A DNA stretch of 64,000 bases from Colwellia sp. Lineage in GTDB: Bacteria; Pseudomonadota; Gammaproteobacteria; Enterobacterales; Alteromonadaceae. The translations under genes and the position numbers were made by a program. Positions 1-10,986 of this stretch are shown piece by piece. Within the stretch, counting starts at the first letter, position 1, and each line of letters begins with the position of its first letter. The stretch covers positions 4,930-68,929 of the forward strand of contig JBKEHN010000001.1 of the NCBI GenBank assembly GCA_046710905.1, in the 5' to 3' direction. Below the pieces are notes generated by a model. It made no database searches. It was not told where the DNA came from and saw only the letters and a program-made list of their open reading frames with translations.

Positions 1-36
1 GCAGTTCACTCTACTTTTAATTCAACTGATACTAGC

Positions 37-564
37 ATGTCTAGTGACAAGGAAAGACCTTTTTTTCTAAAAGTAACCTCTTTGTTATCGACGGTTTCTG
101 GTTGGTGTTCAGCGTCTATGACATTGGCAGCGGTTTTTATTACTTGCCAAATGATCTTCGTTAGATTTGTGCTTAATGGCTCTACTACATGGCAGACCGA
201 AGCTATTATCTATTTAATTCTTGGTTCCACTCTTATTGGTTTACCTTTTGTACAACAAGTGCGTGGGCACGTTAATGTAGATTTAATCCCGTTGGTGTTA
301 CCTTCTCGAGCACGCTTCTACTTGGCTATTTTTACTTTAACTATATCTGCTGGTGTTATAGGTATTATGTTTTGGTACAGCTTTGAATACTGGTATTTGG
401 CGTTTTCTCGTGGCTGGACAACAGACACTGTTTGGGCGGTTCGATTATGGATTCCACATTCATCTATGCTCATTGGTTTTGGTCTGCTTTTTTTACAATT
501 AGTTGCCGATTTAGTCGCTATTTTATTAAAAATTGATAAACCTTTTGGGTTGGGAGAAAACTGA
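37..564 (+). CDS. dctQ: TRAP transporter small permease (DctQ)
   Basis: 175 aa, about 4 TM segments, 'RFVLN..TW..E' and 'HVNVD' DctQ motifs; stop overlaps the dctM start. Confidence 0.9.
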   Translation: MSSDKERPFFLKVTSLLSTVSGWCSASMTLAAVFITCQMIFVRFVLNGSTTWQTEAIIYLILGSTLIGLPFVQQVRGHVNVDLIPLVLPSRARFYLAIFTLTISAGVIGIMFWYSFEYWYLAFSRGWTTDTVWAVRLWIPHSSMLIGFGLLFLQLVADLVAILLKIDKPFGLGEN

Positions 565-1880
565 TGGATCCTCTAATTCTTAGTGCCTTGGTCGGTATAT
601 CGACCATTCTTATATTGTTTTCTGGTATATCTGTTGGTATGGGTTTGCTAGTAGTTTCAGGATTGTTTTTGATTGTTTTTGACGGGTTACAATCGTTAGA
701 GCTAATGCCAGAAATATTTTTTGGCAAATTGGATAGCTTTGCTCTTTTAGCAATCCCTATGTTTATTCTCATGGGATCGACCATTTCCTCTACAAGAGCA
801 GGCGCTGATTTATATGAAGCGTTAGAGCGTTGGTTAACAAGAGTTCCTGGTGGTTTGGTGGTATCTAATTTAGGAGCTTGTGCCATGTTTGCTGCTATGT
901 CCGGTTCTAGCCCTGCCACCTGTGCAGCGATAGGAAAAATGGGTATTCCCGAAATGATTAAGCGAGGTTATCCTGAAGGGATTGCAACAGGGTCAATTGC
1001 TGCTGGTGGTACATTAGGTATTTTAATTCCTCCATCAGTCACCATGATTGTATATGGTATTGCAACAGAGACATCCATTGGTCGTTTATTTCTTGCAGGA
1101 GTGATGCCTGGCCTTATGCTTGTAGGATTGTTCATGGCTTGGTCTGTATACGCAACTTGGCGTTCTGGTAATCGTGCTTTAATGATACCGCATAATTATA
1201 GCTGGAAAGAAAGATTCGAAATACTGCCTCGTGTATTACCATTTGTTGCCATTATTGTTGGAGTACTCTATGCAATGTATGGCGGTGTTGCAACGCCATC
1301 GGAAACAGCTGCTGTAGGTGCAATACTGTGCCTAATTATTGCGATGGTCATATATCGCTTAACTAGCCCCAAAGATTTATGGACAATATTACGCGATAGT
1401 ACCAGAGAAAGCGTAATGATTTTATTTATCATTGCAGCAGCGGGCGTTTTTTCTTATATGTTGTCTAGTCTTTACATTACTCAAGCAATAGCTGAGTGGA
1501 TCGGAGCACTAGAAATCAATCGTTGGCATTTAATGATTGTAATTAATGTCTTTTTAATTATAGCGGGATTCTTCCTCCCTCCTGTAGCAGTAATTTTAAT
1601 GACAGCGCCTATTTTGTTGCCTGTTATTTTGAATGCTGGCTTTGACCCTATCTGGTTTGCTGTCGTTCTTACCATCAATATGGAGATTGGTTTAATTTCA
1701 CCACCAGTAGGTTTAAATCTTTATGTAATCAATGGTATTGCCCCAAACATTTCTTTGAAAACTATTCTATTAGGTTCATTACCTTTTGTTGCCTGCATGA
1801 TCATTGCCATTGTTTTGCTGTGCTTGTTCCCTAGCATTGCTACATGGCTACCTGAAGCTGTAATGGGCTCAGCTATATAA
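564..1880 (+). CDS. dctM: TRAP transporter large permease (DctM)
   Basis: 438 aa hydrophobic protein with LLAIPMFILMG, SGSSPA, GGTLGILIPPS, TPSE and PPVGLNLYV motifs. Confidence 0.95.
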   Translation: MDPLILSALVGISTILILFSGISVGMGLLVVSGLFLIVFDGLQSLELMPEIFFGKLDSFALLAIPMFILMGSTISSTRAGADLYEALERWLTRVPGGLVVSNLGACAMFAAMSGSSPATCAAIGKMGIPEMIKRGYPEGIATGSIAAGGTLGILIPPSVTMIVYGIATETSIGRLFLAGVMPGLMLVGLFMAWSVYATWRSGNRALMIPHNYSWKERFEILPRVLPFVAIIVGVLYAMYGGVATPSETAAVGAILCLIIAMVIYRLTSPKDLWTILRDSTRESVMILFIIAAAGVFSYMLSSLYITQAIAEWIGALEINRWHLMIVINVFLIIAGFFLPPVAVILMTAPILLPVILNAGFDPIWFAVVLTINMEIGLISPPVGLNLYVINGIAPNISLKTILLGSLPFVACMIIAIVLLCLFPSIATWLPEAVMGSAI

Positions 1881-1907
1881 ATTAATTATCAATAAAGAGT
1901 ATTACTC

Positions 1908-2666
1908 ATGAATAACAAATCTAGAAACTATCGTATCGGGCTAATTGTCCCTAGTTCAAATATTACGATGGAAACCGAAATACCTTCACTATTACGTGGT
2001 CGTGAAGCAATTTTACCTGAACGTTTTACGTTCCACTCCTCTCGTATGCGAATGAAAAATGTTACAAAAGAAGAGCTTGAGCGTATGGATGATGATAGTT
2101 TGCGTTGCGCCTTAGAATTATCCGATGCAGCTGTTGATGTACAAGCTTACGCTTGTCTCGTTGCGATTATGAGTCGAGGTAAAGGCTACCATCGAGTAGC
2201 AGAAAAAAGATTATACGAGGCTAGCTTAGAAAGCAGTATGCCAGCTCCCATTATTAGTTCGGCAGGCGCATTAATTGAAAGCCTGCATGAGATTGGTGCT
2301 AAAAAAGTATCCATTATTTGTCCCTATATGAAACCGCTTACTCGATTGGTGGTAGACTATATTGAAAGTGAAGGGATAGAAGTTCAAGATTATTTGGCAT
2401 TAGAAATCCCTGGTAATTTACAGGTCGCAGCTCAAGATCCAAATGCGCCAGCTGAGTTGTGGAAAAAACTTGACGTTAGTGGTATCGATGCAATAATTGC
2501 TTCGGCTTGTGTACAAATGCCATCGTTACCATCGATTGAAAAAATTGAAAAAGCTTCTGGTTTACCAACATTATCTGCATCGGTAGCCACAACTCGGAGT
2601 ATTTTAAAAACACTCAAACTCGATCCAGTAGCACCAGGCGGAGGGGTATTATTAGCAGTACGTTGA
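1908..2666 (+). CDS. maiA: maleate cis-trans isomerase (Asp/Glu racemase family)
   Basis: RIGLIVPSSNITMETEIP, FHSSRMRM, YACLVAIM and SACVQMPSL (two catalytic Cys), typical of MaiA/NicE. Confidence 0.88.
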   Translation: MNNKSRNYRIGLIVPSSNITMETEIPSLLRGREAILPERFTFHSSRMRMKNVTKEELERMDDDSLRCALELSDAAVDVQAYACLVAIMSRGKGYHRVAEKRLYEASLESSMPAPIISSAGALIESLHEIGAKKVSIICPYMKPLTRLVVDYIESEGIEVQDYLALEIPGNLQVAAQDPNAPAELWKKLDVSGIDAIIASACVQMPSLPSIEKIEKASGLPTLSASVATTRSILKTLKLDPVAPGGGVLLAVR

Positions 2667-2725
2667 ACCATTGAGTAATTCATGGAATAATTTTTAAATC
2701 AACACCATTAAGGAGAAACAATATT

Positions 2726-3358
2726 ATGAATAACACTTTTTCTATTACTATTGAAGGTTTGAAAGACGGAGCTCTAATCCCTGAGAAATTTGCGTTTGCC
2801 AAACAGGACAGTGATAGCCATATTTCACTGACCGACAATAAGAATCCTGCTATCTCATGGATTAATGCACCAACGGGCACTAAATCTTTTGCTATTCTTT
2901 GTCATGATCCCGATGTCCCTTCATCAGGTGATGATGTTAACCAAGAAGCTAAGGTGGTACCTGCGGATCTACCTCGTATCGATTTCTACCATTGGGTACT
3001 CGTCGATATTTCGACAGAAGTTTCATCAATTAGAGAAGGCTATGCATCTAATGGCATAACACCAAAAGGAAAATCTTTCGGTCAAAAACCTTATGGTTTG
3101 GCTGGTATTAATGACTATACAAATTGGTTTAATGGTGATGCTGAGATGGGCGGTGATTATGGGGACTATGATGGTCCTTGTCCGCCATGGAATGACAGCA
3201 TCATGCATCATTATTATTTTACGGTGTATGCACTTGATGTTAAGAGCTTAGGATTAAGTGGTAATTTTACAGGTAGAGATGTTATACCTGCAATAAAAGG
3301 TCACGTATTAGCTGAAAGTAGCTTGATGGGAATATATACATTAAACCCAAATCTTTAG
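2726..3358 (+). CDS. YbhB/YbcL family Raf kinase inhibitor-like (PEBP) protein
   Basis: HDPDVP, FYHWVLVDI, YDGPCPPWND and HHYYFTVYAL motifs. Confidence 0.92.
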   Translation: MNNTFSITIEGLKDGALIPEKFAFAKQDSDSHISLTDNKNPAISWINAPTGTKSFAILCHDPDVPSSGDDVNQEAKVVPADLPRIDFYHWVLVDISTEVSSIREGYASNGITPKGKSFGQKPYGLAGINDYTNWFNGDAEMGGDYGDYDGPCPPWNDSIMHHYYFTVYALDVKSLGLSGNFTGRDVIPAIKGHVLAESSLMGIYTLNPNL

Positions 3359-4194
3359 GCAACCAAGACTAGGGATAAGAATCATCATATTTATTATATC
3401 TTTGATTATATAAATGTAGTGATTCAGCATCAGAGTTTGTTAATTCAGATAAATAGTGGGTGATTTGAAATTTTGATTGCTCACATTGCCATCGACCAGG
3501 GATATGTAGTGATAGTTAACACCTATAAAAAGAAGTAGCTAATAATCTTGTGAACAATTAACTAAGTTTGACGTGGACAGTACCGCTATTTATAAAGTTA
3601 TGCATATTAAAAATACGAATACGCTTCAATAAAATCAGATAGTAAATGAACATTACCAGTATAAACGTTGATACCGGAGAAAGTGAGTTTAAATTCGTTG
3701 ACGTCGATAGTTGCTCTAGTTATAAAGTATTATCTCTCTCAGTTAAAGAATCGCCTATTCGTTACGAGAGCACCTTAAAAGACGCTATATCAATTAATGA
3801 TTTACTTATCGGTGGTACAGTTATACTTTTAGATAGGAAGTTTATTTATGTCCAAGATCACTTGTATAAAAATAGAAGGTGATCATTTTAGTCTAATCTC
3901 TAACAGTGTAGAACTTAATTGTCCTTAGCCATTTTATTTTTTTATTACGATTAACAGAGAATAAATAAGGATCTTAGATAGGTTAACGTTAGTCTTGTTT
4001 CTTGCAGTGAACGACTACTTAGTATGAACCCAATAATAACCAGAGGTGCACCTTTATTAACCTCAGTGATTCTATGAGTAAAGCCTTAACAATGAATTGA
4101 CATCTATTCATCGTTTTAAGTAGGACATGCACTATCAAAGTCATAGTTATTCCTTATTACCCATAAAGCTTAATTCTTACTGAGCTTTATGAGT

Positions 4195-4520
4195 GCTTCT
4201 CCTGACATAAGTCGAAGTCAACGTTGATCGTTCCACGGTATAGCGTTTAACATGAATTCGGTTACGACTTCTGGTGTGCTTGATCACATCAAACATTTCA
4301 ACGGGTAAGGCCAAAAAAGTGAATTGATAGCTGTGCATATCATCATCCTTAGGAGGGCAAGCGCCGCCAAATTGACTTTAATAATTTCCAACAGTTAAGC
4401 CGTTATCACTGTCTATTGAAAGATGGTTTTTGTTATCAATAATTGTGGGAATATTAATAACTGATCAGGACGACAGTAGCGTTAAATTTCGAGCGGTTTC
4501 ATATAAGAACACATAAGAGT
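4195..4520 (-). pseudogene. degraded second YbhB/YbcL-family gene (approximate limits)
   Basis: Minus-strand pieces in shifting frames: SVINIP, FGGACPPKDD, MHSYQFTFLAL, VVTEFMLNA; internal stops and frameshifts. Confidence 0.7.
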
Positions 4521-5024
4521 TACTTTTTTAGCAAGCTATAAATATATATTTAAATATTTTGGCTTTGATAACTTTAAATTAAGGTAGCGCTTACTTACGT
4601 GAAACTAGTCAGCGATGCAGCGTAAATTTTTTAACCAAAACAATAGTAAATCTTTTATCATCAATAAGTCGGAGGTTTGTTTATTATGACAATATAGTAG
4701 TTTAAAGTCTTGTTGATACAGTAAAAACCAATAACTAAAGAGAAAACAAAACTAACACATGATGAATCGAAAGTTTTTTCGAGTGTGAAACTGTTAAGTG
4801 AAAATTGGGAATTGTACTAACTCCAATAAATCGATGTTCCAAAAGGCTCACTAAATATCATTGTGTTATTAGACTTAGCAGGTAATTAATTCAGTGTCAC
4901 TTCAATATTAGAATACATTTTGTATTTACATAAACACAAAACTAATTACTATATTATTCAATAAACGAGGGGTTAGAAATTCTTAATTTATTATAGGGTG
5001 ATATATCGTTAGGTTTGTAATTAC

Positions 5025-5669
5025 TTATTGTGTCAAAATTTTTAATACAGATGGTAGTCGTTTTCCTTGTATCATCATATGATCACGCATTAACTCACTT
5101 GCTTTATTACCTTCACCAATAAGGATTGCCTGACAAATAGCTGAGTGTTCTTCATTTTATTTTGAAAGACGTCCTCGAACGTTATAAGGTAAAGAACGAT
5201 ATGTATTAATATGTATATCAATATATTAAAGTTGTTCAATTAACCAGTGATTATTGGTAGCCTCATGAATAGCTGCATGAAATTCTATATTCGCAATACT
5301 ATATTGAATTTTATCTTCATTTTCAGCTGCAACTTTGCAGTTTTACAACTTACTCATAATTATCTCTGCTTGCTCATCTGTAAGTGAAAATGATGCTAAC
5401 CTACTAGCTATCCCCTTCAATCCAGCAGCGACTTCAAACAAACTGAAAAATTCTTTTGTTTTTAAAATTCTGGCTATTACTCCCTTTTTTGGGATAGCTT
5501 CTAATAAACCAAGCCTTACCATTGCTCTTATAGCTTCACTAATAGGAGTTCGAGAAACCCCAAACTTTTCCGCTAGAAAGGATTCTTCCAGTTGATCACC
5601 GGGCCTTAAATTCTCTGAAGTAATGTATTGCGTAATTTGTGATATTAATTTGTCGACAGCCCGCGCCTT
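5025..5669 (-). pseudogene. GntR/FCD-family transcriptional regulator pseudogene
   Basis: One frame reads LRPGDQLEESFLAEKFGVSRTPISEAI ... NIEFHAAIHEATNN ... EEHSAICQAI ... MRDHM; in-frame TAA at 5343, 5226 and 5157; start appears mutated to AAG behind an AGGA SD. Confidence 0.88.
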
Positions 5670-5858
5670 TATTAGTCCTGTATTTATATTACTTATATAT
5701 CACTGTGTACCACAAAGGTATTTTAATGGCTAAAATAAAAAATACATACAACACATTGATGATTATTATTTATCTACTGTGTATATTTATGTTGCTTAAA
5801 AAAATACATAGAGTTATAGTTTGGATACCAACATAAATATAATAAGGTAGAAAAACTA

Positions 5859-7025
5859 ATGAATACTTTTAGTAAAACAACAGCAATCATATTTCCACTG
5901 GTTTTAGGTAGTGTATTAATTTCGGGTTATTCAAATGCTAACTCTATTCAAAATACCGATATTAGCTTTAAGGGATATATCCAATTAGATACCTTATTCA
6001 GTCAATATTCTGATGGTTCTTTACCTGCGGGAAGTATAGGTAGAGATTTTTATGTCCCAAGTTTGACTCCTGTAGGTGGTGCAAAAGAGAGCACGCAATT
6101 TGATGCTCACGCTAAAAGAAGCCGGTTTAGACTTACCAGCAAAACAGATACGGGTAATGGTGAAAGTATTACTGGTGTATTGGAACTCGATTTTTCATCG
6201 ACACCCGGTGGTAATGAAAGAATCAGTAATTCCTATACACCCCGGATTCGTCATGCATATTTTCGATATAATGGCTGGACGTTTGGACAAACATGGTCCA
6301 CCTTTCAAGATGTAAAAACCCTTCCTGAACGTCTCGATGCTATTAGTGTTACAGACGGTACAATATTTAATAGACAGCCTATTGTTAAATATCAGTCTGG
6401 TGCCTGGGAGTTTTCTTTAGAAAATTCTGAGTCTACTATTACTCCTTTTGAAGGTGGTTCTCGTATTGTATCTGATGACGGTTACGTACCTGATGCCGTT
6501 ATACGTTACACGCATAAATCAGATTGGGGTCATGTATCTTTAGCAGGACTTGTTAGGCAATTAACTTATGAAACAGAAATCATAGACGACAGCACCATTT
6601 CTTACGGAATTAACGTAAGTTCAAAAATAAAGGTGGGTAGCCATGATGACCTAAGAATTTCTTTTACAACAGGTTCTGGTCTAGGTCGTTACTTAGGACT
6701 TAATACAAGCCGTGGGGCAGTTATAAATTCTGAAGACAATTTAGAAGCTATTGACTCTACCGGTTTTGCAGTTGCTTATCGAAAAGTTTGGTCTAAAAAA
6801 ATGCGCTCTTCATTCTCATACTCAAAATTAATGATTGATAACAATGTAGCACTAACCGGCACAAAGGTTACTGAAAGTACAAGTAATATTAGTGCGAACC
6901 TTCTCTATTCACCTACACCTAAAATTACTTTTGGGAGTGAAATTCGATTTGCAACAAGAGATATTGAATCAGGATTAAGTGGAGATATGACTAGGTTACA
7001 GCTTTCAGCAAGATATAAATTTTAA
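5859..7025 (+). CDS. DcaP-family trimeric outer-membrane porin
   Basis: Signal peptide; GYIQLD, PRIRHAY, GQTWSTF, RQP, GLGRY motifs; C-terminal F. Confidence 0.85.
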   Translation: MNTFSKTTAIIFPLVLGSVLISGYSNANSIQNTDISFKGYIQLDTLFSQYSDGSLPAGSIGRDFYVPSLTPVGGAKESTQFDAHAKRSRFRLTSKTDTGNGESITGVLELDFSSTPGGNERISNSYTPRIRHAYFRYNGWTFGQTWSTFQDVKTLPERLDAISVTDGTIFNRQPIVKYQSGAWEFSLENSESTITPFEGGSRIVSDDGYVPDAVIRYTHKSDWGHVSLAGLVRQLTYETEIIDDSTISYGINVSSKIKVGSHDDLRISFTTGSGLGRYLGLNTSRGAVINSEDNLEAIDSTGFAVAYRKVWSKKMRSSFSYSKLMIDNNVALTGTKVTESTSNISANLLYSPTPKITFGSEIRFATRDIESGLSGDMTRLQLSARYKF

Positions 7026-7049
7026 AAAAATAAAAACGTCTACACACCG

Positions 7050-7540
7050 TGAAGTGGTCAAGTAATATTGGCCACAGTTTTGTAGCTTAATCTATATCCT
7101 CGCCTTGTTTTACTTGGGCTGATTCCACCATAGTATTTATGTCTCCTAGTTTTATAGTAATAATCCATAATTTAATGAATTATCGCTTGTTTCGTTTCAA
7201 TAAAATTCTTGTTTCTAATCGTTGGTACCCATTCCGTTTTCAAGCTTATAAAAAACGCACCATAGGTACATTATGCCAATAATCTCCTCGATGGCTCATG
7301 TTTTGTTTTATTTGGTATCGCCACAGCCGTTGTCTGAACTTCCTACTTGTGTAAAGTCTACCTTGATCTGAGTGAAATATAATGTCTTTAGGCTGTCCTC
7401 TACTTTGATAAGTCATCATTAACGCTTGCATTATTAGTTTACTATCAGGTGAATTTGATAGTGCCCAACCGATAACTTTTAGACTAAATAAATCAAGCAC
7501 GACGGCAAGATAAGACCATCAGGTACCTGTCCAAATATAG
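7050..7540 (-). mobile_element. IS3-family (IS911-like) remnant: one terminal inverted repeat plus decayed OrfB integrase core
   Basis: TGAAGTGGTCAAGTAATATTGGCCAC at 7050 resembles IS911 ends; ORF 7246-7500 has LDLFS.KVIGW and FHSDQG; truncated and interrupted. Confidence 0.85.
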
Positions 7541-7541
7541 T

Positions 7542-7841
7542 ACAAATAAACAAAGTATTAAGGCTGACGTTGATTGGGACAAAGAAATACTATTAACTAT
7601 TGCTCCACATTCAAGTCATCCTCGTCCTAAAGCTTTAGTACAAGATCTTGGAATTGAAGACAAAGTAATATTAAATTTAAAAACAACTGCTGCTTTGGCT
7701 AGTTTTTTATTATCGGTGTGGCGAGTTGACTCATCAAAGGACTCAATACTTAATTCATACTATTTTCAATATCAACGTTTAAACCGTTATGAATTAACCG
7801 AAACTGATTCAATGATGATTGCTCCCGGCTATAAAAGTTAG
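7542..7841 (+). pseudogene. C-terminal fragment of a BrxR/CapW-type WYL-domain regulator
   Basis: Start-less open frame DVDWDKEILLTIAPHSSHPRPKALVQDLG...AALASFLLSVWRVDSS...IAPGYKS*, resembling WYL-protein C-termini; 5' part replaced by the IS remnant. Confidence 0.7.
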
Positions 7842-8069
7842 TCGGCTAATAATAACTAAAATATTCAAATTTTAGTCTGAGATGTGAAAATTACCCTTTT
7901 AGAGGTATTTATTGAATAACTTTTTGTCATTTGACACAGATCTATCACAGTCTGAAAAAGCAATATTGTGTCAAAGAAAAGTAACGGCCATGAAAGACAA
8001 TTTTAATGTAGTAGTAAATGAAAGGAATTACGAATGTATTAATTTATTATGGCTTGTATAAGTCAGTAA

Positions 8070-8146
8070 TGGCGCACCATGCAGGAGTCGAACCTGCGGC
8101 CTTCGCCTCCGGAGGGCGACGCTCTATCCAGCTGAGCTAATGGTGC
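8070..8146 (-). tRNA. tRNA-Arg(CCG)
   Basis: Reverse complement GCACCATTAGCTCAGCTGGATAGAGCGTCGCCCTCCGGAGGCGAAGGCCGCAGGTTCGACTCCTGCATGGTGCGCCA; cloverleaf, anticodon CCG, CCA end. Confidence 0.97.
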
Positions 8147-8388
8147 TTATTTTATTTTTGACTGTTTCCTGTGGTGACAACTTTTGTTGTGACCGCTGCC
8201 CCCAGGGGCGCGTTCTAACCAGCTGAGCAAAGGCTAGTTTTTTGATGTTAGATATCGTTAGAAATATAACATCAATATATGTGCGGCAGATACTATAATT
8301 TATCAATATACTTGTCTAGTTAAGTTATCGAAAATATCTCATGATTCGAAAGGTTTACTTGCAGTATTACTATTATCTTTGGCATATT

Positions 8389-8476
8389 TTAAATACTTAA
8401 ATACTTAAATACTTAAATACTTAAATACTTAAATACTTAAATACTTAAATACTTAAATACTTAAATACTTAAATAC
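8389..8476. repeat. perfect octamer tandem repeat (TTAAATAC)x11
   Basis: Counted directly, units start every 8 nt from 8389 to 8469. Confidence 0.97.
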
Positions 8477-8627
8477 TTTAGTGTAAAACTGCCTAAAGCT
8501 GTGAATATCCTATCAAATTTTTGGTTATATTATCAAAATAAAACCACGTGTTTTTGGACTGATTTCAAGTTTTTTGTTGATGCTAATTTTAATAGAACTC
8601 TTTACAGGTAAGGTCAATAAAAATATA

Positions 8628-8870
8628 CATACTCGCTCTACTTGAATATGCTCGTTTCAGAAAACCTGAGAAAATAACAGTATATACATATTTTTTAAGG
8701 GTTACTCCTTTAACAAAAAATATAAAAACGGGTATACTTTACCTCGTTTTTGCGAAAATTTTAGTTTATGAGCGCTTCATGCTATTTTAGTGATTTGGAA
8801 AATAGAATAACTATTATCTTCAATCAATGCCCTGCTTAAAGTCCTTTATAATTTTAGCTAAATCTAGCAA
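8628..8870. mobile_element. degenerate ERIC-like MITE (type A ends), right end lost
   Basis: Colinear similarity to the 34755-35017 element (CTCTACTTGAA.ATGCTCGTTTCAG...AATAGAATAACT.TT.TCTTCAATCAAT). Confidence 0.7.
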
Positions 8871-9215
8871 ATTGCAGTACTAACGTTAGATAAAGTCGAA
8901 CTCGGTTATTTAGTAAATTTTGTTTATAACAATAAAGTTTATTTTTACTTGTCTGCTTTGCAAGAAAATTCAGATAATAAAATTAAAGTAGGGTTAACTT
9001 TACACTATGAAGCGATCGAATATTATTCCCAGCAAGGAATAGAATCTTATGACTTTCTTGGTGGCGATGCGCGATACAAAAAATTATTATCTAATCAAAA
9101 ATATGGATTAGAAATAAAATGTTTTTACCGTGATATATTTCTTTTTCGTCTTGAACGTCAGTTGAAATACTTTAAAATGAGAACTATTGCAATATTTGCT
9201 AAGTCATTTAAGTAA
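8868..9215 (+). pseudogene. 5'-truncated GNAT (CelD/BcsL-like) acetyltransferase
   Basis: Open frame GYLVNFVYNNKVYFYLSAL...VGLTLH...YDFLGGDARYK; N-terminal part missing where the MITE abuts. Confidence 0.7.
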
Positions 9216-9393
9216 TATTCTCTTTTACTGAGGATTTTCAATCATGATGTATTATCGTATAATGTAATTTAGACAACTCGGTGAATTAAAGGCTATATAT
9301 CTTAGTGGGTAAAGAGGCTTTATTCTTCAATAGCATTGCTTGCTATAGCTTTATTATTTCCTATTAAACTTAAATCCAACCAATGAAATAAAT

Positions 9394-10824
9394 ATGAGTA
9401 CAAAAACAACTTCACTTGCCTCTATTTTTCCTACAATTATGTGTGGCGGCAGCGGTACACGCCTTTGGCCTCTATCGCGTGCTTTATTTCCTAAACAGTT
9501 TTTACCTTTAGTTAATGATACCAGTATGTTGCAAGATACGTTATTACGCTTGCCTAAGAACAGTTGTGAGCCTGTTTTCATTTGTAATGAAGAACATCGT
9601 TTCTTAGTGGCGGAACAGGTTCGACAATTATCCCAACAGCAAAGTACTATATTGCTTGAACCTGAAGGGCGAAATACTGCTCCTGCAATTGCGTTAGCAG
9701 CAATTAATGCCTTAGAAAAAGATCAAGATGCTTTATTGTTAGTATTAGCTGCAGATCACGTGATTCAAGATATTACTGCTTTCCATCAAGCGGTTGAGCA
9801 AGCCTGTATTGCTGCACAACAAGGAAAGCTCGTTACCTTTGGTATTGTGCCCACTCATGCCGAGACAGGTTATGGCTATATTAAAAAGGGCAATGAACAA
9901 AGCTCTGGTACTTTTGATGTTGCACAATTTGTTGAGAAGCCTAAACAAATTGTAGCCGATGAATATTTAGCCTCAGGTGACTACTTGTGGAATAGTGGTA
10001 TGTTTTTATTTAAAGCTTCACGTTATTTAGAAGAACTAGCTAAACACCGTGGTGATATTTTAGAAAATTGCCAACAAGCGATGAAAGAGGTTAAGCAAGA
10101 TCTTGATTTTTTACGTCCAAACAAAACGGCTTTCTTGGCCTGTGCCAGTGAGTCAATTGACTATGCGGTAATGGAGAAAACTGACTCTGCAGTAGTCATC
10201 CCACTTGATGCTGGGTGGAGTGATGTGGGCTCTTATTCTGCACTGTGGGAAGTATGTGAGCAAAATGAAGACAAGAATGTTTTAAAAGGTGACGTAATTG
10301 CTCAACAAACTACTAATAGTTATATTCACAGTCAAAACAAGTTAATTGCAACGGTTGGTGTTGATAACTTAGTTATTATTGATACGCCTGATGCGGTGTT
10401 GGTTGCCAATAAAGATAAAGTACAAGAAGTTAAAAAAATTGTTGAGCAATTGAAAAAAGAGCAACGCTCTGAAGCGGTTATTCATCGAGAGGTTTATCGG
10501 CCTTGGGGTAAGTACGACAGCGTTGATTCAGGTGATCGTTTTCAAGTAAAGCGTATTACCGTAAAACCTGGTGCTAAATTATCAGTGCAAATGCATCATC
10601 ATAGAGCCGAGCACTGGATTGTAGTATCAGGTACCGCAAAAGTGACCATTGATGATAATATTATGCTGTTAAGTGAGAATCAGTCTGCTTACATTCCTAT
10701 TGGCGCAGTTCATGCTTTAGAAAACCTAGGTAAGCTACCATTAGAGATGATAGAAGTGCAATCAGGTAGTTATCTAGGTGAAGATGATATTGTTCGTTTT
10801 GAAGATAAGTACGGACGAGCTTAG
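9394..10824 (+). CDS. manC: mannose-1-phosphate guanylyltransferase/mannose-6-phosphate isomerase
   Basis: [34 protein letters not shown] and a cupin C-terminus ([12 protein letters not shown]). Confidence 0.97.
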   Translation: MSTKTTSLASIFPTIMCGGSGTRLWPLSRALFPKQFLPLVNDTSMLQDTLLRLPKNSCEPVFICNEEHRFLVAEQVRQLSQQQSTILLEPEGRNTAPAIALAAINALEKDQDALLLVLAADHVIQDITAFHQAVEQACIAAQQGKLVTFGIVPTHAETGYGYIKKGNEQSSGTFDVAQFVEKPKQIVADEYLASGDYLWNSGMFLFKASRYLEELAKHRGDILENCQQAMKEVKQDLDFLRPNKTAFLACASESIDYAVMEKTDSAVVIPLDAGWSDVGSYSALWEVCEQNEDKNVLKGDVIAQQTTNSYIHSQNKLIATVGVDNLVIIDTPDAVLVANKDKVQEVKKIVEQLKKEQRSEAVIHREVYRPWGKYDSVDSGDRFQVKRITVKPGAKLSVQMHHHRAEHWIVVSGTAKVTIDDNIMLLSENQSAYIPIGAVHALENLGKLPLEMIEVQSGSYLGEDDIVRFEDKYGRA

Positions 10825-10827
10825 TTT

Positions 10828-10981
10828 ATAGCCATCGTTATTGATAAGGACGCTACATGGAGGTGGCTTATTAGACAATGCAGGAGCTATTTTCCTGAGT
10901 AACCATTCTTTTCAATCAATGTATTGTCTCTAAGCTTATAAATTCTCGCTGAAACCAGCCTCTTCAAGTGTAATAGGTATA
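10828..10981. mobile_element. partial chimeric ERIC-like MITE
   Basis: Type B internal arm, AAGGACGC...GCAGGAGC insert and a type A right end (CTTCAAGTGTAATAGGTATA). Confidence 0.65.
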
Positions 10982-10986
10982 AGTAT

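Noticed and set aside
3477-3490. ATTGCTCACATTGC, a match to part of the RyhB seed
   Set aside because: No Fur box, hairpins or terminator around it; treated as chance
3646-3882. 78-aa ORF
   Set aside because: No recognisable motif; lies in a decayed AT-rich tract
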